A program made the position numbers and the translations under genes. The notes beneath the pieces were generated by a model. The model searched no databases. It was given only the letters and a program-made list of their open reading frames with translations, and had not been told where the DNA came from. A stretch of DNA of 64,000 nt from an uncultured Acidobacteriota bacterium (GTDB lineage Bacteria > Acidobacteriota > Thermoanaerobaculia > Thermoanaerobaculales > Sulfomarinibacteraceae), in NCBI GenBank assembly GCA_963753035.1, contig CAVWAW010000019.1:67152-131151 (forward strand), read 5' to 3'. Below are positions 1 to 8,998 of the stretch, piece after piece; positions within the stretch are counted from its first letter, which is position 1; each line of letters begins with the position of its first letter.

Positions 1-35
1 AGATTGAGGGCTGAGAAGTTGATGTCGTGGCTCAT
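1..35 (-). CDS. First 11 codons of an unidentified CDS that runs off the left edge
   Basis: ATG (rc of 33-35) with GGAGG (rc of 42-46) 6 nt upstream. Reads MSHDINFSALN, too short to identify. Confidence 0.3.
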   Translation of the reverse strand, partial: MSHDINFSALN

Positions 36-114
36 GGCGTACCTCCAGCTCGTCGCCGGGTATTGTCGAGGCGACGGTCGTCGGGGGGAACTGTGAACCC
101 GCCGTGGGTACTTG

Positions 115-795
115 TCAAGACGTCCGGTGCCAACGAAGGCGCTCCCATGCCATTCCCGCGACCCAGCCGACGGTCATGAAGACAACGACCGCACCCGTGT
201 GCCAAACGAGGACGTGGGAGAGATTGGACATGGGACACAGCAGGTGAATGACTGCGTCCGAGGCCACCGTTGCACCGGCGCCACCAAGGAGGCCCGCGGT
301 TGGCGCCCTCAACGGGAGCGCACGGAAGACCAGCCACATCGTCACGACAAAGGTCGGGAGGGCCATGGCGGATTCGTGTTTGAAACAACCGATTCCGGGC
401 GCAATGCCGTTCCCGGGCATGGTAATCGCCGGCGAGTAGATCGAGGTCGCGACACCGACGAGGATCTGCACTGCGAGTGCGGTCAGAGCGGCGACGCGGA
501 CGGCGCCTCCAGGAATGCCCTCGCCGGGGACCGCTTCGCGAAGCGCGAGCCCGATCAGCAGGATGCCGACGGCCAGTTGGAGGATGGAGCATCCCCAACT
601 CAACCACATGGGCAGCTGGTCCATATCAGGGCGGAGACTGGCTTTGGCAAGAACGAAGGCCAGCACGACGGCGAGGATCGCCACCGCCAACATGGCCCGC
701 ACCCACGCCGGATGGAGCGGACGGACCGGGGCAAGATCGCTCTCTATGGTTTCACGAAGACCGTTGGGGATCGAGTCGAGACTCATCTCACGCAC
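115..795 (-). CDS. Membrane anti-sigma factor, NrsF/DUF1109-like (negative regulator of an ECF sigma)
   Basis: About 6 predicted TM helices and an N-terminal DLAPVRPL motif typical of NrsF. Overlaps the stop of the upstream ECF sigma gene. The start could instead be the internal Met at 786. Confidence 0.65.
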   Translation of the reverse strand: MREMSLDSIPNGLRETIESDLAPVRPLHPAWVRAMLAVAILAVVLAFVLAKASLRPDMDQLPMWLSWGCSILQLAVGILLIGLALREAVPGEGIPGGAVRVAALTALAVQILVGVATSIYSPAITMPGNGIAPGIGCFKHESAMALPTFVVTMWLVFRALPLRAPTAGLLGGAGATVASDAVIHLLCPMSNLSHVLVWHTGAVVVFMTVGWVAGMAWERLRWHRTS

Positions 796-1342
796 CTTCC
801 TCGACCATCTGTTCTCGGATCTTTTTCAACGCGCGGTGAGCGCGGACCTTGGCGGTGCCGGGAGCGGTCCCAACGATGGCGCCGACCTCCTCGAAGCTCA
901 TGCCGAGCAGGTGGTGGAGGATGAGAACCTCCTGAGCCTCTCGCGGCAAGGTGCTGAGCAGCCGTTGCACGGTTGCTCGATCGGCGAGCTGATCCATCTC
1001 CGGCGGCACCGGAACCTCCGGGAGATCCTCGGCGGGCAGAACTTCCTTGCGCCGTCGCATGGTGCGAAGGTGCATCAAGGCGACATGCCGGGTGATGGCG
1101 TAGATCCACGGCCGCACAGGGCGCGGCGGGGTGTATGTCTGCCGGGCTCGGTGGAGTTGGAGGAAGGTCTCTTGGAGTAGATCCTCGGCCATGGTCTGAT
1201 TTCGGACAAAGGTCCATAGGTAGCGAATGAGTGGACGCTTCAGGGCGTTGTAAAGCCCCGTGAACGCATCCATGTCCCCCTTCTGATAGGCGATCATCAG
1301 CGCGGTCAGTTGCTGATCTTCGGCGCGACGGTCGACTGCCAT
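788..1342 (-). CDS. ECF-type RNA polymerase sigma-70 family factor
   Basis: Region 2 (DLLQETFLQLHRA, PWIYAITRH) and region 4 HTH (LLGMSFEEVGAIVGTAPGTAKVRAHRA). 184 aa. Confidence 0.9.
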   Translation of the reverse strand: MAVDRRAEDQQLTALMIAYQKGDMDAFTGLYNALKRPLIRYLWTFVRNQTMAEDLLQETFLQLHRARQTYTPPRPVRPWIYAITRHVALMHLRTMRRRKEVLPAEDLPEVPVPPEMDQLADRATVQRLLSTLPREAQEVLILHHLLGMSFEEVGAIVGTAPGTAKVRAHRALKKIREQMVEEGA

Positions 1343-1363
1343 CAGTGATTATGCCTTTCAGAG

Positions 1364-1392
1364 TTGGAACGTTACGTGAACCGCAGTATAAC
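1364..1392 (+). promoter_or_regulatory. Putative sigma70-type promoter facing mutY
   Basis: TTGGAA (1364-1369), a 17-nt spacer, then TATAAC (1387-1392). Lies in the divergent sigma/mutY gap. Sequence match only. Confidence 0.3.
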
Positions 1393-1443
1393 CCGGCGAC
1401 CGGTGACCGATGATCTTACCCGGCGCGTCCGCGACCGCGTCCG

Positions 1444-1552
1444 GGCAGCGGCAGCGACAGCGAAAGCGGCAGGGACAGCGTCCGCGCCCGTTCCCGATCC
1501 CGTTCCCGAATTGAAGCGTCCGGGGCAGCATCCGGGACAGCGGCAGGGACGG
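1444..1552. repeat. Degenerate GGCAGC/GGGACAG word array with CGTTCCCGA duplication
   Basis: GGCAGCGGCAGCGACAGCGAAAGCGGCAGGGACAGCG, then CGTTCCCGATCCCGTTCCCGA, then GGGACAGCGGCAGGGACGG. Same word family as the hexamer arrays at 36834 and 53591. Confidence 0.5.
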
Positions 1553-1604
1553 AGTCCGTGCCTGTGCCCAATGACCGCTCGAAATTCGAAGTTCATCATC
1601 CATA

Positions 1605-2696
1605 ATGGCGAACATGTCCGAAGCTGATCGCCTCATCGCCTGGTTCCGCGCCAACGCGAGGCTGCTTCCGTGGCGGACGGCGCCCCGAAATCCGTATCAC
1701 TCGCTGGTCTCCGAGTTGATGGCCCAGCAGACTCAGCTCGACCGCGTCGTGCCGCGGTTCGAGAACTTTGTGGAGAGGTTTCCGAATCTCCCGGCGCTGG
1801 CGGCAGCGACCGAGGACGAGGTGCTCGAGCGGTGGTCCGGGCTCGGCTATTACCGACGGGCCCGCCTCCTCCACCGACTCGCACGCGAAGTCGTAGCCGG
1901 AGGTGGTGAACTGCCGAGAACGGCGGCGGAGCTCGAAGCCCTGCCCGGGATCGGTCCCTATACCGCGGCGGCGGTGGCTTCGACCGTATACGGCGAGGCG
2001 GTTCCTCTCATGGACGGCAACGTCGCGCGGGTCAGCGCGCGGGTGCTCGCTCTGGCCGACGACCCGCGGACGAAAGCGGGCAGGACCGTGGTTTTGGAGT
2101 GGGTTCGGGCCCTGATGGACGATGCTCCTCCGGGCGAGGTCAACGAGGCTCTGATGGAGCTCGGAGCAACGATCTGTACCCCCTCGCAACCGAACTGCGA
2201 ACGCTGCCCTCTGGTCGAAGGTTGTCTTGCGCGTCTAGAAGACGATCCGACGGTCTACCCGCCACCGCGACGAACCCGGGAGACCATTGAGGTCCATTGG
2301 TTGGCGGTGATCATTGAAGATCCTGACGGGCGGTGGATGTTGCATCGGGTGGATGAAGGTCCGATTCTCAAGGGCCTCTGGCTGCCGCCGTTCGGCGAAA
2401 TCGTCGCGAACAGACCGCTCGAGGCCCAGGTTCGCGAGCTGCTCCCATTCGAAGCGAGTTCGCCCATCGAATTTTTGAAACCAGTCAGACACTCGATCAC
2501 GCACCGAAGGATCGAAGTCACTCCCACACGAATCTGCATCGACCATCGGGTAGGGGTGCCCGACGGGTGGTCATGGGTCGATCCGGCGAAACCTGATCTC
2601 CCGACATCGTCGCTTCTGGCAAAGCTGCTGGCTTCAGTCGGGGAATCTCCATCCGCTTCGTTTCCAGCGGTTGCCAGACAGTCCGATGGAAACTGA
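1605..2696 (+). CDS. mutY: A/G-specific adenine DNA glycosylase
   Basis: HhH-GPD region (SELMAQQTQLDRV), a 4Fe-4S loop (CTPSQPNCERCPLVEGC) and a C-terminal NUDIX-like domain. Confidence 0.9.
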   Translation: MANMSEADRLIAWFRANARLLPWRTAPRNPYHSLVSELMAQQTQLDRVVPRFENFVERFPNLPALAAATEDEVLERWSGLGYYRRARLLHRLAREVVAGGGELPRTAAELEALPGIGPYTAAAVASTVYGEAVPLMDGNVARVSARVLALADDPRTKAGRTVVLEWVRALMDDAPPGEVNEALMELGATICTPSQPNCERCPLVEGCLARLEDDPTVYPPPRRTRETIEVHWLAVIIEDPDGRWMLHRVDEGPILKGLWLPPFGEIVANRPLEAQVRELLPFEASSPIEFLKPVRHSITHRRIEVTPTRICIDHRVGVPDGWSWVDPAKPDLPTSSLLAKLLASVGESPSASFPAVARQSDGN

Positions 2697-2780
2697 ATGG
2701 TGGTTCAGTTCCCCTGCTATACTGCCAAGGTGCGGCAAGCCTTTCGGATTCAATTTTTTTCTCAGGTTTGAGGAGGAGTC

Positions 2781-4793
2781 ATGGACCACGCCACCGCGTC
2801 ATCGTTTCTGGGAATCTCGGGGGTTGTCTGGTTCTGGGCGCTCACCGTCATCGGCGTCGGCGCCGTGGTGTTTTCACTGAGCCGTCGCTTCAGCGTGCTC
2901 GAGTTGGGTCGGGCGGAGAACCGCTTCAACCGCCTCGGTGAACGGTTCAAACATGTTCTGATCTATGCCTTCGGCCAGAAGAAGATGTTCGACGACCCCT
3001 TTGCGGGGATCTACCACCTCCTGATCTTCTATGGGTTCCTGGTTGTCAGCATCAGGACCGTGACCATGGTGGTCGAGGGTCTCTTCGCGGGCTGGGAGCT
3101 GCCGCTTCTCCACACCGGGGTCGGACACGCCTATCTTTTCTCCAAGGACATCTTCGAGGCGCTGGTGATTCTCGGATTGGTCTTCGCCGTATGGCGGCGT
3201 GGCGTCCAGCGCAAAGACCGGATCATCCAGTCATCCGGCGCCTGGATCGTCATCGGGCTGATCGGCCTTCTCATGGTCACCGATTTGGCCTCGGAAGGAG
3301 CGAGGATCGCGGCCGGTGCGCTCGACGGAGGTTACCTGCCGGTGTCGGCGCTCTTCGGATCGCTCTTTGCCGGTTTCTCAGAAGGCGCCCTGCAGTCGAT
3401 CTACAGCTGGACCTGGTGGATCCATCTCATCACCCTCTATGTGTTTGCCAACGAGCTTCCATACTCGAAGCACTTTCACGTCTATACCTCGATATTCAAC
3501 GTCTTCTTCGCCAACCTCGATCCCCCCGGCAAGTTGCCGACCATGGATCTGGAGAATGTCGACGAGAACACCCGGTTCGGGATCTCGACGATCACCGATT
3601 TCACCTGGAAACAGATGCTCGACATGTACACCTGCACCGAGTGCGGGAGATGTCGCGAGTACTGCCCCACGACCTTGACCGACAAACCCCTGCAACCGGT
3701 GCTGTTCCTCAAATCCGTTCGTGATCAGCTCTACAGCGAGCAGAACGAACTCCTCTCGACCTCCGGTGAGGAAGCCACCGGGTCGCAGCACGAACTGGTC
3801 CCGGTCGTCGTCGATCCCGAGGTCATCTGGGCATGCACCACTTGCCGCTGGTGCGAACGGGCGTGTCCCCTGGACATCAGCTATGTCGACAAACTGGTGG
3901 AGATGAGGCAGAACCTGGTGCTCGAGAAGGCCGAATTTCCTGAAGAGGCGCAGGCCGCCTTCCGCGGGTACGAGGTCAACGGAAACCCGTGGCAGCTTCC
4001 CACCGAGGAACGGGGTAACTGGGCCGACGGTCTCGATATCCCCCTGGCATCCGAAACCGGTGGCGATTTCGAGTATCTGTTCTTTGTCGGTTCCCCGGGC
4101 AGCTATGACGATCACGGAAAGAAAGTGTCGAGGGCGCTCGCGGAGATCCTCAAGGCGGCGGGTGTGAAGATCGCCATTCTGGGCCCAGAAGAGGCATCAA
4201 CCGGCGACGCGGCCCGTCGTCTCGGAAACGAGTATCTCTTCCAGATGCTGGCCATGCAGAACATCGAAGTCATGAATGGCTACGGTGTCAAGAAAATCGT
4301 CACCAACTGCCCGCACGCCTTCAACACCCTGGCCCACGAGTATCCCGATTTCGACGGACACTACGAGGTCGTGCACGGGACCCAGTTGGTGGCCGATCTC
4401 CTCCGGCAGGGCCGGATCAATTTGACCCAGACCGTTGATCTTGATCTCGCCTACCACGACCCCTGCTATCTCGGGCGGACCAATGGTGAGTATGACGCGC
4501 CGAGATTCCTTCTCAGTGAGATTCCGGGACTCAAGGTTCGCGAGGCCGAGCTCAGTCACGATCGCTCCATGTGTTGCGGCGCGGGCGGCGGCCGGATGTG
4601 GCTAGAAGAAGATCTCGGGACCAGGATCAACCAGCTGCGGTTCGACCAACTCCGGGAGAGCGGAACCCCGGAAATCGCCGTCGCCTGTCCCTATTGTTTC
4701 TCCATGCTCTCGGACGCCCAGCGCGAGGGAGGTTTGGAAGACGCACAGACTCTGGACGTGATTGAGTTGGTGGCTCGGTCTCTCGAAGAGTGA
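2781..4793 (+). CDS. Membrane-anchored Fe-S oxidoreductase (NarI/DsrM-like TM domain fused to an HdrD/DsrK-like module)
   Basis: N-terminal multi-TM domain, two ferredoxin motifs (CTECGRCREYCP, CTTCRWCERACP) and two CCG-type Cys-rich regions (CPHAFN, CCGAGGG, ACPYCF). GAGGAGG RBS before the ATG. Confidence 0.85.
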   Translation: MDHATASSFLGISGVVWFWALTVIGVGAVVFSLSRRFSVLELGRAENRFNRLGERFKHVLIYAFGQKKMFDDPFAGIYHLLIFYGFLVVSIRTVTMVVEGLFAGWELPLLHTGVGHAYLFSKDIFEALVILGLVFAVWRRGVQRKDRIIQSSGAWIVIGLIGLLMVTDLASEGARIAAGALDGGYLPVSALFGSLFAGFSEGALQSIYSWTWWIHLITLYVFANELPYSKHFHVYTSIFNVFFANLDPPGKLPTMDLENVDENTRFGISTITDFTWKQMLDMYTCTECGRCREYCPTTLTDKPLQPVLFLKSVRDQLYSEQNELLSTSGEEATGSQHELVPVVVDPEVIWACTTCRWCERACPLDISYVDKLVEMRQNLVLEKAEFPEEAQAAFRGYEVNGNPWQLPTEERGNWADGLDIPLASETGGDFEYLFFVGSPGSYDDHGKKVSRALAEILKAAGVKIAILGPEEASTGDAARRLGNEYLFQMLAMQNIEVMNGYGVKKIVTNCPHAFNTLAHEYPDFDGHYEVVHGTQLVADLLRQGRINLTQTVDLDLAYHDPCYLGRTNGEYDAPRFLLSEIPGLKVREAELSHDRSMCCGAGGGRMWLEEDLGTRINQLRFDQLRESGTPEIAVACPYCFSMLSDAQREGGLEDAQTLDVIELVARSLEE

Positions 4794-5113
4794 CCGTATT
4801 CTGAATTCGAGGGTCGCCGAACCGGTGACGATGGGTGGCGACACGGTCACCCACGGGAAAAACCAGCGGCGAACCTACGGCGGGTTTGTTGCGGTGGTTG
4901 AGTCAAAGGGCTATATTGTATGTGCATTCGAGAAATGTCCTGCGTGTTGACAATGGTCGTGTGAACGAGTGTTGTCGTGGAATGACGTGCCGCGTTTCTC
5001 GGTGGTGACCGATCTTTGACTGATCCTAAAACCAACAATCCTCGGGCTGCGACAGGGTCGGTTCTCTCCACCCTGCCGACGGGTTGTGAGTATCTTTGAT
5101 TGGAGGGCTCAAC

Positions 5114-5692
5114 GTGGCCAGAAATTTCAACAAACGGAATCTCACCACCGGAGACATCGCCAAACTGTGCGGTGTGAACTTTCGGACGGTGATCCGATGG
5201 ATCCAACGAGGCCACTTGAAAGCCTTTCAGCTGCCCGGTCGCGGTGACAACAGGGTCCAGATTGCCGACTTTATCGAGTTTCTCAATGAGAACAACATGC
5301 CGATTCCGGAAGAGCTCCAGCCGTCCGCCAAAAAGGTGCTCATCGTCGAGGGGGATGCGAAATCGGCCACCTCGATGGAAAAAGCGCTGCAGGGCGCCGG
5401 CTTTGAAACGCGGTTGGCGACTGATGGGTTTTCGGCCGGTGCCCTGGTGAGTTCGTTCGGACCCAACGTCATGACCGTCGATGTCGGAATGAAGGGCATC
5501 GACGGGGCCCAGGCGATCAAGCTGATGAGGGACGATGCCCGCCTCGGCCTCGCCAAGATCATCGCGGTGACCTCAGCGAGTACGAGCAAGAAAAAGCGGG
5601 ACGAACTCCTTGCGGCGGGGGCGGACGAAGTCCTCAGCCGCCCGGTACTCGGCGCGGATCTGGTTCAGAAGATCACCGATCTGACGGGCTAG
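5114..5692 (+). CDS. Response regulator with an N-terminal excisionase/MerR-type HTH and a C-terminal receiver domain
   Basis: HTH is LTTGDIAKLCGVNFRTVIRWIQRGHL. Receiver is KKVLIVEGD...MTVDVGM...IIAVTSA. The GTG at 5114 has GGAGGG 7-8 nt upstream; the track start at 5096 is TTG. Confidence 0.75.
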   Translation: MARNFNKRNLTTGDIAKLCGVNFRTVIRWIQRGHLKAFQLPGRGDNRVQIADFIEFLNENNMPIPEELQPSAKKVLIVEGDAKSATSMEKALQGAGFETRLATDGFSAGALVSSFGPNVMTVDVGMKGIDGAQAIKLMRDDARLGLAKIIAVTSASTSKKKRDELLAAGADEVLSRPVLGADLVQKITDLTG

Positions 5693-5695
5693 TTT

Positions 5696-6073
5696 CTATC
5701 CCAGGCAGAGATCGACCCGGTTCTCCGGGCCTTCCCACACACTGACCATGAGCAGCGTGCCGCCGATGGCGGCGAGTCTCGGGTGAAGTTCGCCCGCCAG
5801 GACCTCCGCGAGGCGCTCCGCGGACGGGGTCGGACTGCCGATCTCCGGGTGGCGGTTGAGATCGCTGTCCCGCAGGGGCTCCACGGTCTTGGCGAGGATG
5901 CTGTGGACCTCGTGGAAATCGAGCGCGAAACCCTCGTCGTTGAGGCTCTCCGCCCCGACCCTGATTGCGACCTCCCAGAGGTGTTGGTGGGATTTTTCGG
6001 GCTGGCCCAGATAGCTCGTGAGAGCGTGATGGGCGTTGAATGAAGCTCGAGAATGGATGACCCAACGCGGCAT
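5696..6073 (-). CDS. PTPS-fold protein (QueD / 6-pyruvoyl-tetrahydropterin synthase family), atypical active site
   Basis: FNAHHAL...SHQHLWEV matches the Zn-binding His pattern of QueD/PTPS. The track ORF is trimmed to the Met at 6073, whose ATG sits 1 nt after the upstream stop (6075-6077). 125 aa. Confidence 0.75.
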   Translation of the reverse strand: MPRWVIHSRASFNAHHALTSYLGQPEKSHQHLWEVAIRVGAESLNDEGFALDFHEVHSILAKTVEPLRDSDLNRHPEIGSPTPSAERLAEVLAGELHPRLAAIGGTLLMVSVWEGPENRVDLCLG

Positions 6074-6074
6074 C

Positions 6075-8678
6075 TCAGCCTGCCGATCGGCCGGTCGCCG
6101 GCGCCGCGCGTTGAGCTCCCGGGGGTTGCAGGACGATACGTTCCCGGCGAATCCGCGACATCTGGACCTCGGCCTGGGTGAGACCGAGAGACTCGAGGAT
6201 CTTCTTGACGCTGGTGGTCGGGCCAGCGGCCTGCCGGGCGTTGAGATCCACGGTGAGGCTGCCATCGGTGAGCACGGTCCATCGGAGAATCGCCTCCGTC
6301 ACGGACTGATCGAGATCGGTCGACGTCTCGGGCCACCGGCCTTCCGGCCGTGGTGAGATGCGATACCGCGATGCCGAGACCATTTTCCCGAGCGACGGCG
6401 CACCCTGCAGCAGCGGTTTGGCGTCGATGACCTCGATCCCGTGAGGCAGGAGCCGATTGACCGCGGTGATGTGCTGTTGTCGTACCTGCGATGTGCAGTC
6501 CACATCAAAGAGTTCGGCCTCGCCCTCGTGGCCGACGCTGAGAGCCGGCCCCATGGATAGTCGGATGTGCGGGTTGTAACCTTCGGTGTATCGCACGGGA
6601 ACGCGTCCCCCGCGAACGGCCCGCTCGAGGGCGTCCATGACCTGGCGGTGCGAGAGATACCGCGCATCTCCTATCTTTGTGAAACTGAAGCGATAGCGGT
6701 GTTGGACTGGCGCCTGGGGTTCGATCCTTGCCTGGGGCGGCACCCGAGGTTCGGGACGCAGCTTGTAAGCGGCGGTCTTCGGGCGATCCGCCTCGGGCAT
6801 GGCCTCGCCGAGCAGAGGCAGGGTGCAGGCGGCGAGTTGGGTGTCCGCGCCGTCACCGGGAATTCCGCACCGGAAGCAGCGTCCCCACTTGCAGTCCTCG
6901 GTGTCAGCCTCACGGACGGCGCGCCGCCACTCGGCCTTGAGGTAGCCCTTGCGGACACCGGCGTCGATGATGTCCCATGGCAGGGTCTCGCCGATCTCGC
7001 GCTCACCGAGTTCCCGCTTGATGTCGACTCCGGTCACATCGACGGCCTTTCGCCAGGCGTCGAGGTTGAGGAAATCGGTCCAACCGTCAAAAATCGCTCC
7101 CTCATCGTGAGCGAGCTCGATGGTTCTGCTGAGTTCCCTCCCTCCCCGGGAGAGCAACGCCTCGAGGACCGCCTCATCGGGGTCCGACCAGTTCAGGCGG
7201 GTTCCCTTGATCCGGCGAAAGCGATCCCGGAGGAACTGGATTCGGCGCTGCTGTTCCTCGGGGTCGATAAACGGCTGCCACTGAAAGGGCGTCCACGCCT
7301 TGGGGATGAAGCACCCCACCGAAACCTTGATCTGGACCTTGCGGCCGCGGAGACGCTGGCCCGCCTTCGCCAGATTTTCGGCGAGGACCGCGAGTTCCTC
7401 GAGATCATCGTCGGTTTCGGTGGGCAGCCCGATCATGGCGTAGACCTTGATGGCGTTCCATCCCTTGGAGAAAGCGGCTTCGGCGGCCTTGATCATGTCG
7501 GCATTGGTGAAGGTCTTGTTGATGACCCGTCTGAGACGATCCGAGCCGGTCTCCGGCGCGAAGGTGAACCCCGACTTGCGTACCCGCGAGACAGCCTCGG
7601 CTAGCCCGACTGAAAAGGAGTCGGCGCGCAGGCTCGGCAGATTGACCGAGACCCGGCGGTCGGACAATCGGTCGGCCAGGTTGTAGACCAGGGGTTCCAC
7701 CTGGGAGTAGTCGGCGGAGGACAGGCTCAACAGCCCGATTTCTTCGAACCCGGTCTCGTCGATCTGTCGCTCGAGACGCTCGACCACCTGGGCGGGGTCG
7801 TGCTCGCGCACCGGTCGGTACCAGTAGCCCGCCTGGCAGAAACGACAGCCCTGGGTGCAGCCGCGCATGATCTCGAGCCCGAGACGGTCCTGGATCACAC
7901 CGGCGAAGGGCACAATGGGGGCCTCGGGCTGGTCGGCGAGGTCGAGCTGGTCGACCCACACTCGTTTGACCGGGAACGGGGCATTCTCGGGTTCGGTCCA
8001 CGCGCCGGGTTTCTCACCCGTTGCGGGGGTCCATGTGTAGAACCGAGGGACATAGACCCCCTCCACCGAGGCCAGCCGGCGCAGGCGGCCGATCCGGTCC
8101 TCCCCGGCCGCACGGCCGTCGCGGATCGCGTCGAGCATGGTGTCGAGGGCGGCCTCGGCGTCGCCGATGAGGATGGCGTCGAAGAAATCGGCCACCGGCT
8201 CGGGGTTGGCGGTGCAGGGGCCGCCTCCGATCACGAGCGGTTCATCCTCGGCGCGTTCGTCGGCGCGACGGGTGATCCCCGCGAGATCGAGGAGATACGG
8301 GATGTTGATGTAATTGAGTTCGGATTGGAGCGAGATGCCGACAACATCGAAGTCGGTGATGGAATGGTAGGACTCGAGGGAATAGAGTGGGAGATCCGCG
8401 GCCCGAAGCGCCTCCGCCATGTCCGGCATGGGAGCGAAGGTCCGCTCGGCGAGCGCATCATCGCGGCGGTTGATGAGGTGATAGAGGATCCGGGTTCCCT
8501 GGTGGGACATGCCGATCTCATAGGCATCGGGGAAGGCGAGGGCGACCCGTAACGCGACGCTGTCCCACGGCTTGCGGGTCAGGTTGCGTTCGAGACCGAG
8601 ATAACGCGACGGGCTCTGGACGGTGGGAAGGATCGCGTCCAGGCGTTCGCGTAGGGTTGTGGGGTCGATGGTCGTCAT
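6075..8678 (-). CDS. B12-binding-domain radical SAM protein fused to a DUF2344-type domain (TIGR03960/TIGR03936-like)
   Basis: Radical SAM cluster motif CTQGCRFCQAG, with a typical N-terminal SPSRYLG...ALAFPDAYE region. C-terminal YRFSFTKIGDARYLSHRQ is DUF2344-like. Start chosen at 8678 (GAGGAG RBS). Confidence 0.85.
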   Translation of the reverse strand: MTTIDPTTLRERLDAILPTVQSPSRYLGLERNLTRKPWDSVALRVALAFPDAYEIGMSHQGTRILYHLINRRDDALAERTFAPMPDMAEALRAADLPLYSLESYHSITDFDVVGISLQSELNYINIPYLLDLAGITRRADERAEDEPLVIGGGPCTANPEPVADFFDAILIGDAEAALDTMLDAIRDGRAAGEDRIGRLRRLASVEGVYVPRFYTWTPATGEKPGAWTEPENAPFPVKRVWVDQLDLADQPEAPIVPFAGVIQDRLGLEIMRGCTQGCRFCQAGYWYRPVREHDPAQVVERLERQIDETGFEEIGLLSLSSADYSQVEPLVYNLADRLSDRRVSVNLPSLRADSFSVGLAEAVSRVRKSGFTFAPETGSDRLRRVINKTFTNADMIKAAEAAFSKGWNAIKVYAMIGLPTETDDDLEELAVLAENLAKAGQRLRGRKVQIKVSVGCFIPKAWTPFQWQPFIDPEEQQRRIQFLRDRFRRIKGTRLNWSDPDEAVLEALLSRGGRELSRTIELAHDEGAIFDGWTDFLNLDAWRKAVDVTGVDIKRELGEREIGETLPWDIIDAGVRKGYLKAEWRRAVREADTEDCKWGRCFRCGIPGDGADTQLAACTLPLLGEAMPEADRPKTAAYKLRPEPRVPPQARIEPQAPVQHRYRFSFTKIGDARYLSHRQVMDALERAVRGGRVPVRYTEGYNPHIRLSMGPALSVGHEGEAELFDVDCTSQVRQQHITAVNRLLPHGIEVIDAKPLLQGAPSLGKMVSASRYRISPRPEGRWPETSTDLDQSVTEAILRWTVLTDGSLTVDLNARQAAGPTTSVKKILESLGLTQAEVQMSRIRRERIVLQPPGAQRAAPATGRSAG

Positions 8679-8785
8679 GGGCTCTCCTCGTCCGTGGCCG
8701 GACAATATATACCAAGTCTCAACAGATCAGGACTCTCGCGGCTTCCATTTTCCAATTCCGTACCCGCATCCGTCGTTGTGGTGCG

Positions 8786-8950
8786 GGCGTCCCGCCCGCA
8801 GGATCGACTCCTGAATTGGCACCGGCCTTCTGCGCCGGGAGAGCAGACCGCATCGTGCCTCCCGAGGGAGCCCGGCAGCGCTATTGTGCGCAGGGCGTTG
8901 CGTCGCCGGGAGGTCGTTCCGGCACAATAGCGTGCCCGGCACCCCGATGT
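8786..8950 (+). repeat. S-family structured repeat, copy S4 (internal-deletion variant)
   Basis: Shares CACCGGCCTTCTG...CCGGGAGAGCAGACCGCATCG...GGGAGCCCGG...ATTGTGC...GGCACAAT...CCCGGCACCCC with 28631, 53290 and 36513 (rc). Lacks the H1/H2 hairpins, about 110 bp. Confidence 0.8.
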
Positions 8951-8998
8951 GGCGCGGTTTTCTTCGTGTCCTGGTGCGGTCTCGGATACGGATTCGGT

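Noticed and set aside
4794-5113. 320-bp module-free intergenic region with a GGTGAC...GTCACC hairpin and a TTGACA box (4947-4952), considered as an sRNA or leader.
   Set aside because: There is no convincing -10 (TGTTGT), no terminator, and no recognisable riboswitch core. It is left unannotated.
5696-6336. Longer track ORFs (5696-6265 and 5689-6336) extending the QueD-like gene into the radical SAM gene.
   Set aside because: The upstream extension overlaps the well-supported 3' end of the radical SAM CDS and is Arg/Ser/Pro-rich. The internal Met at 6073 gives a normal 125-aa PTPS-fold protein abutting the upstream stop.
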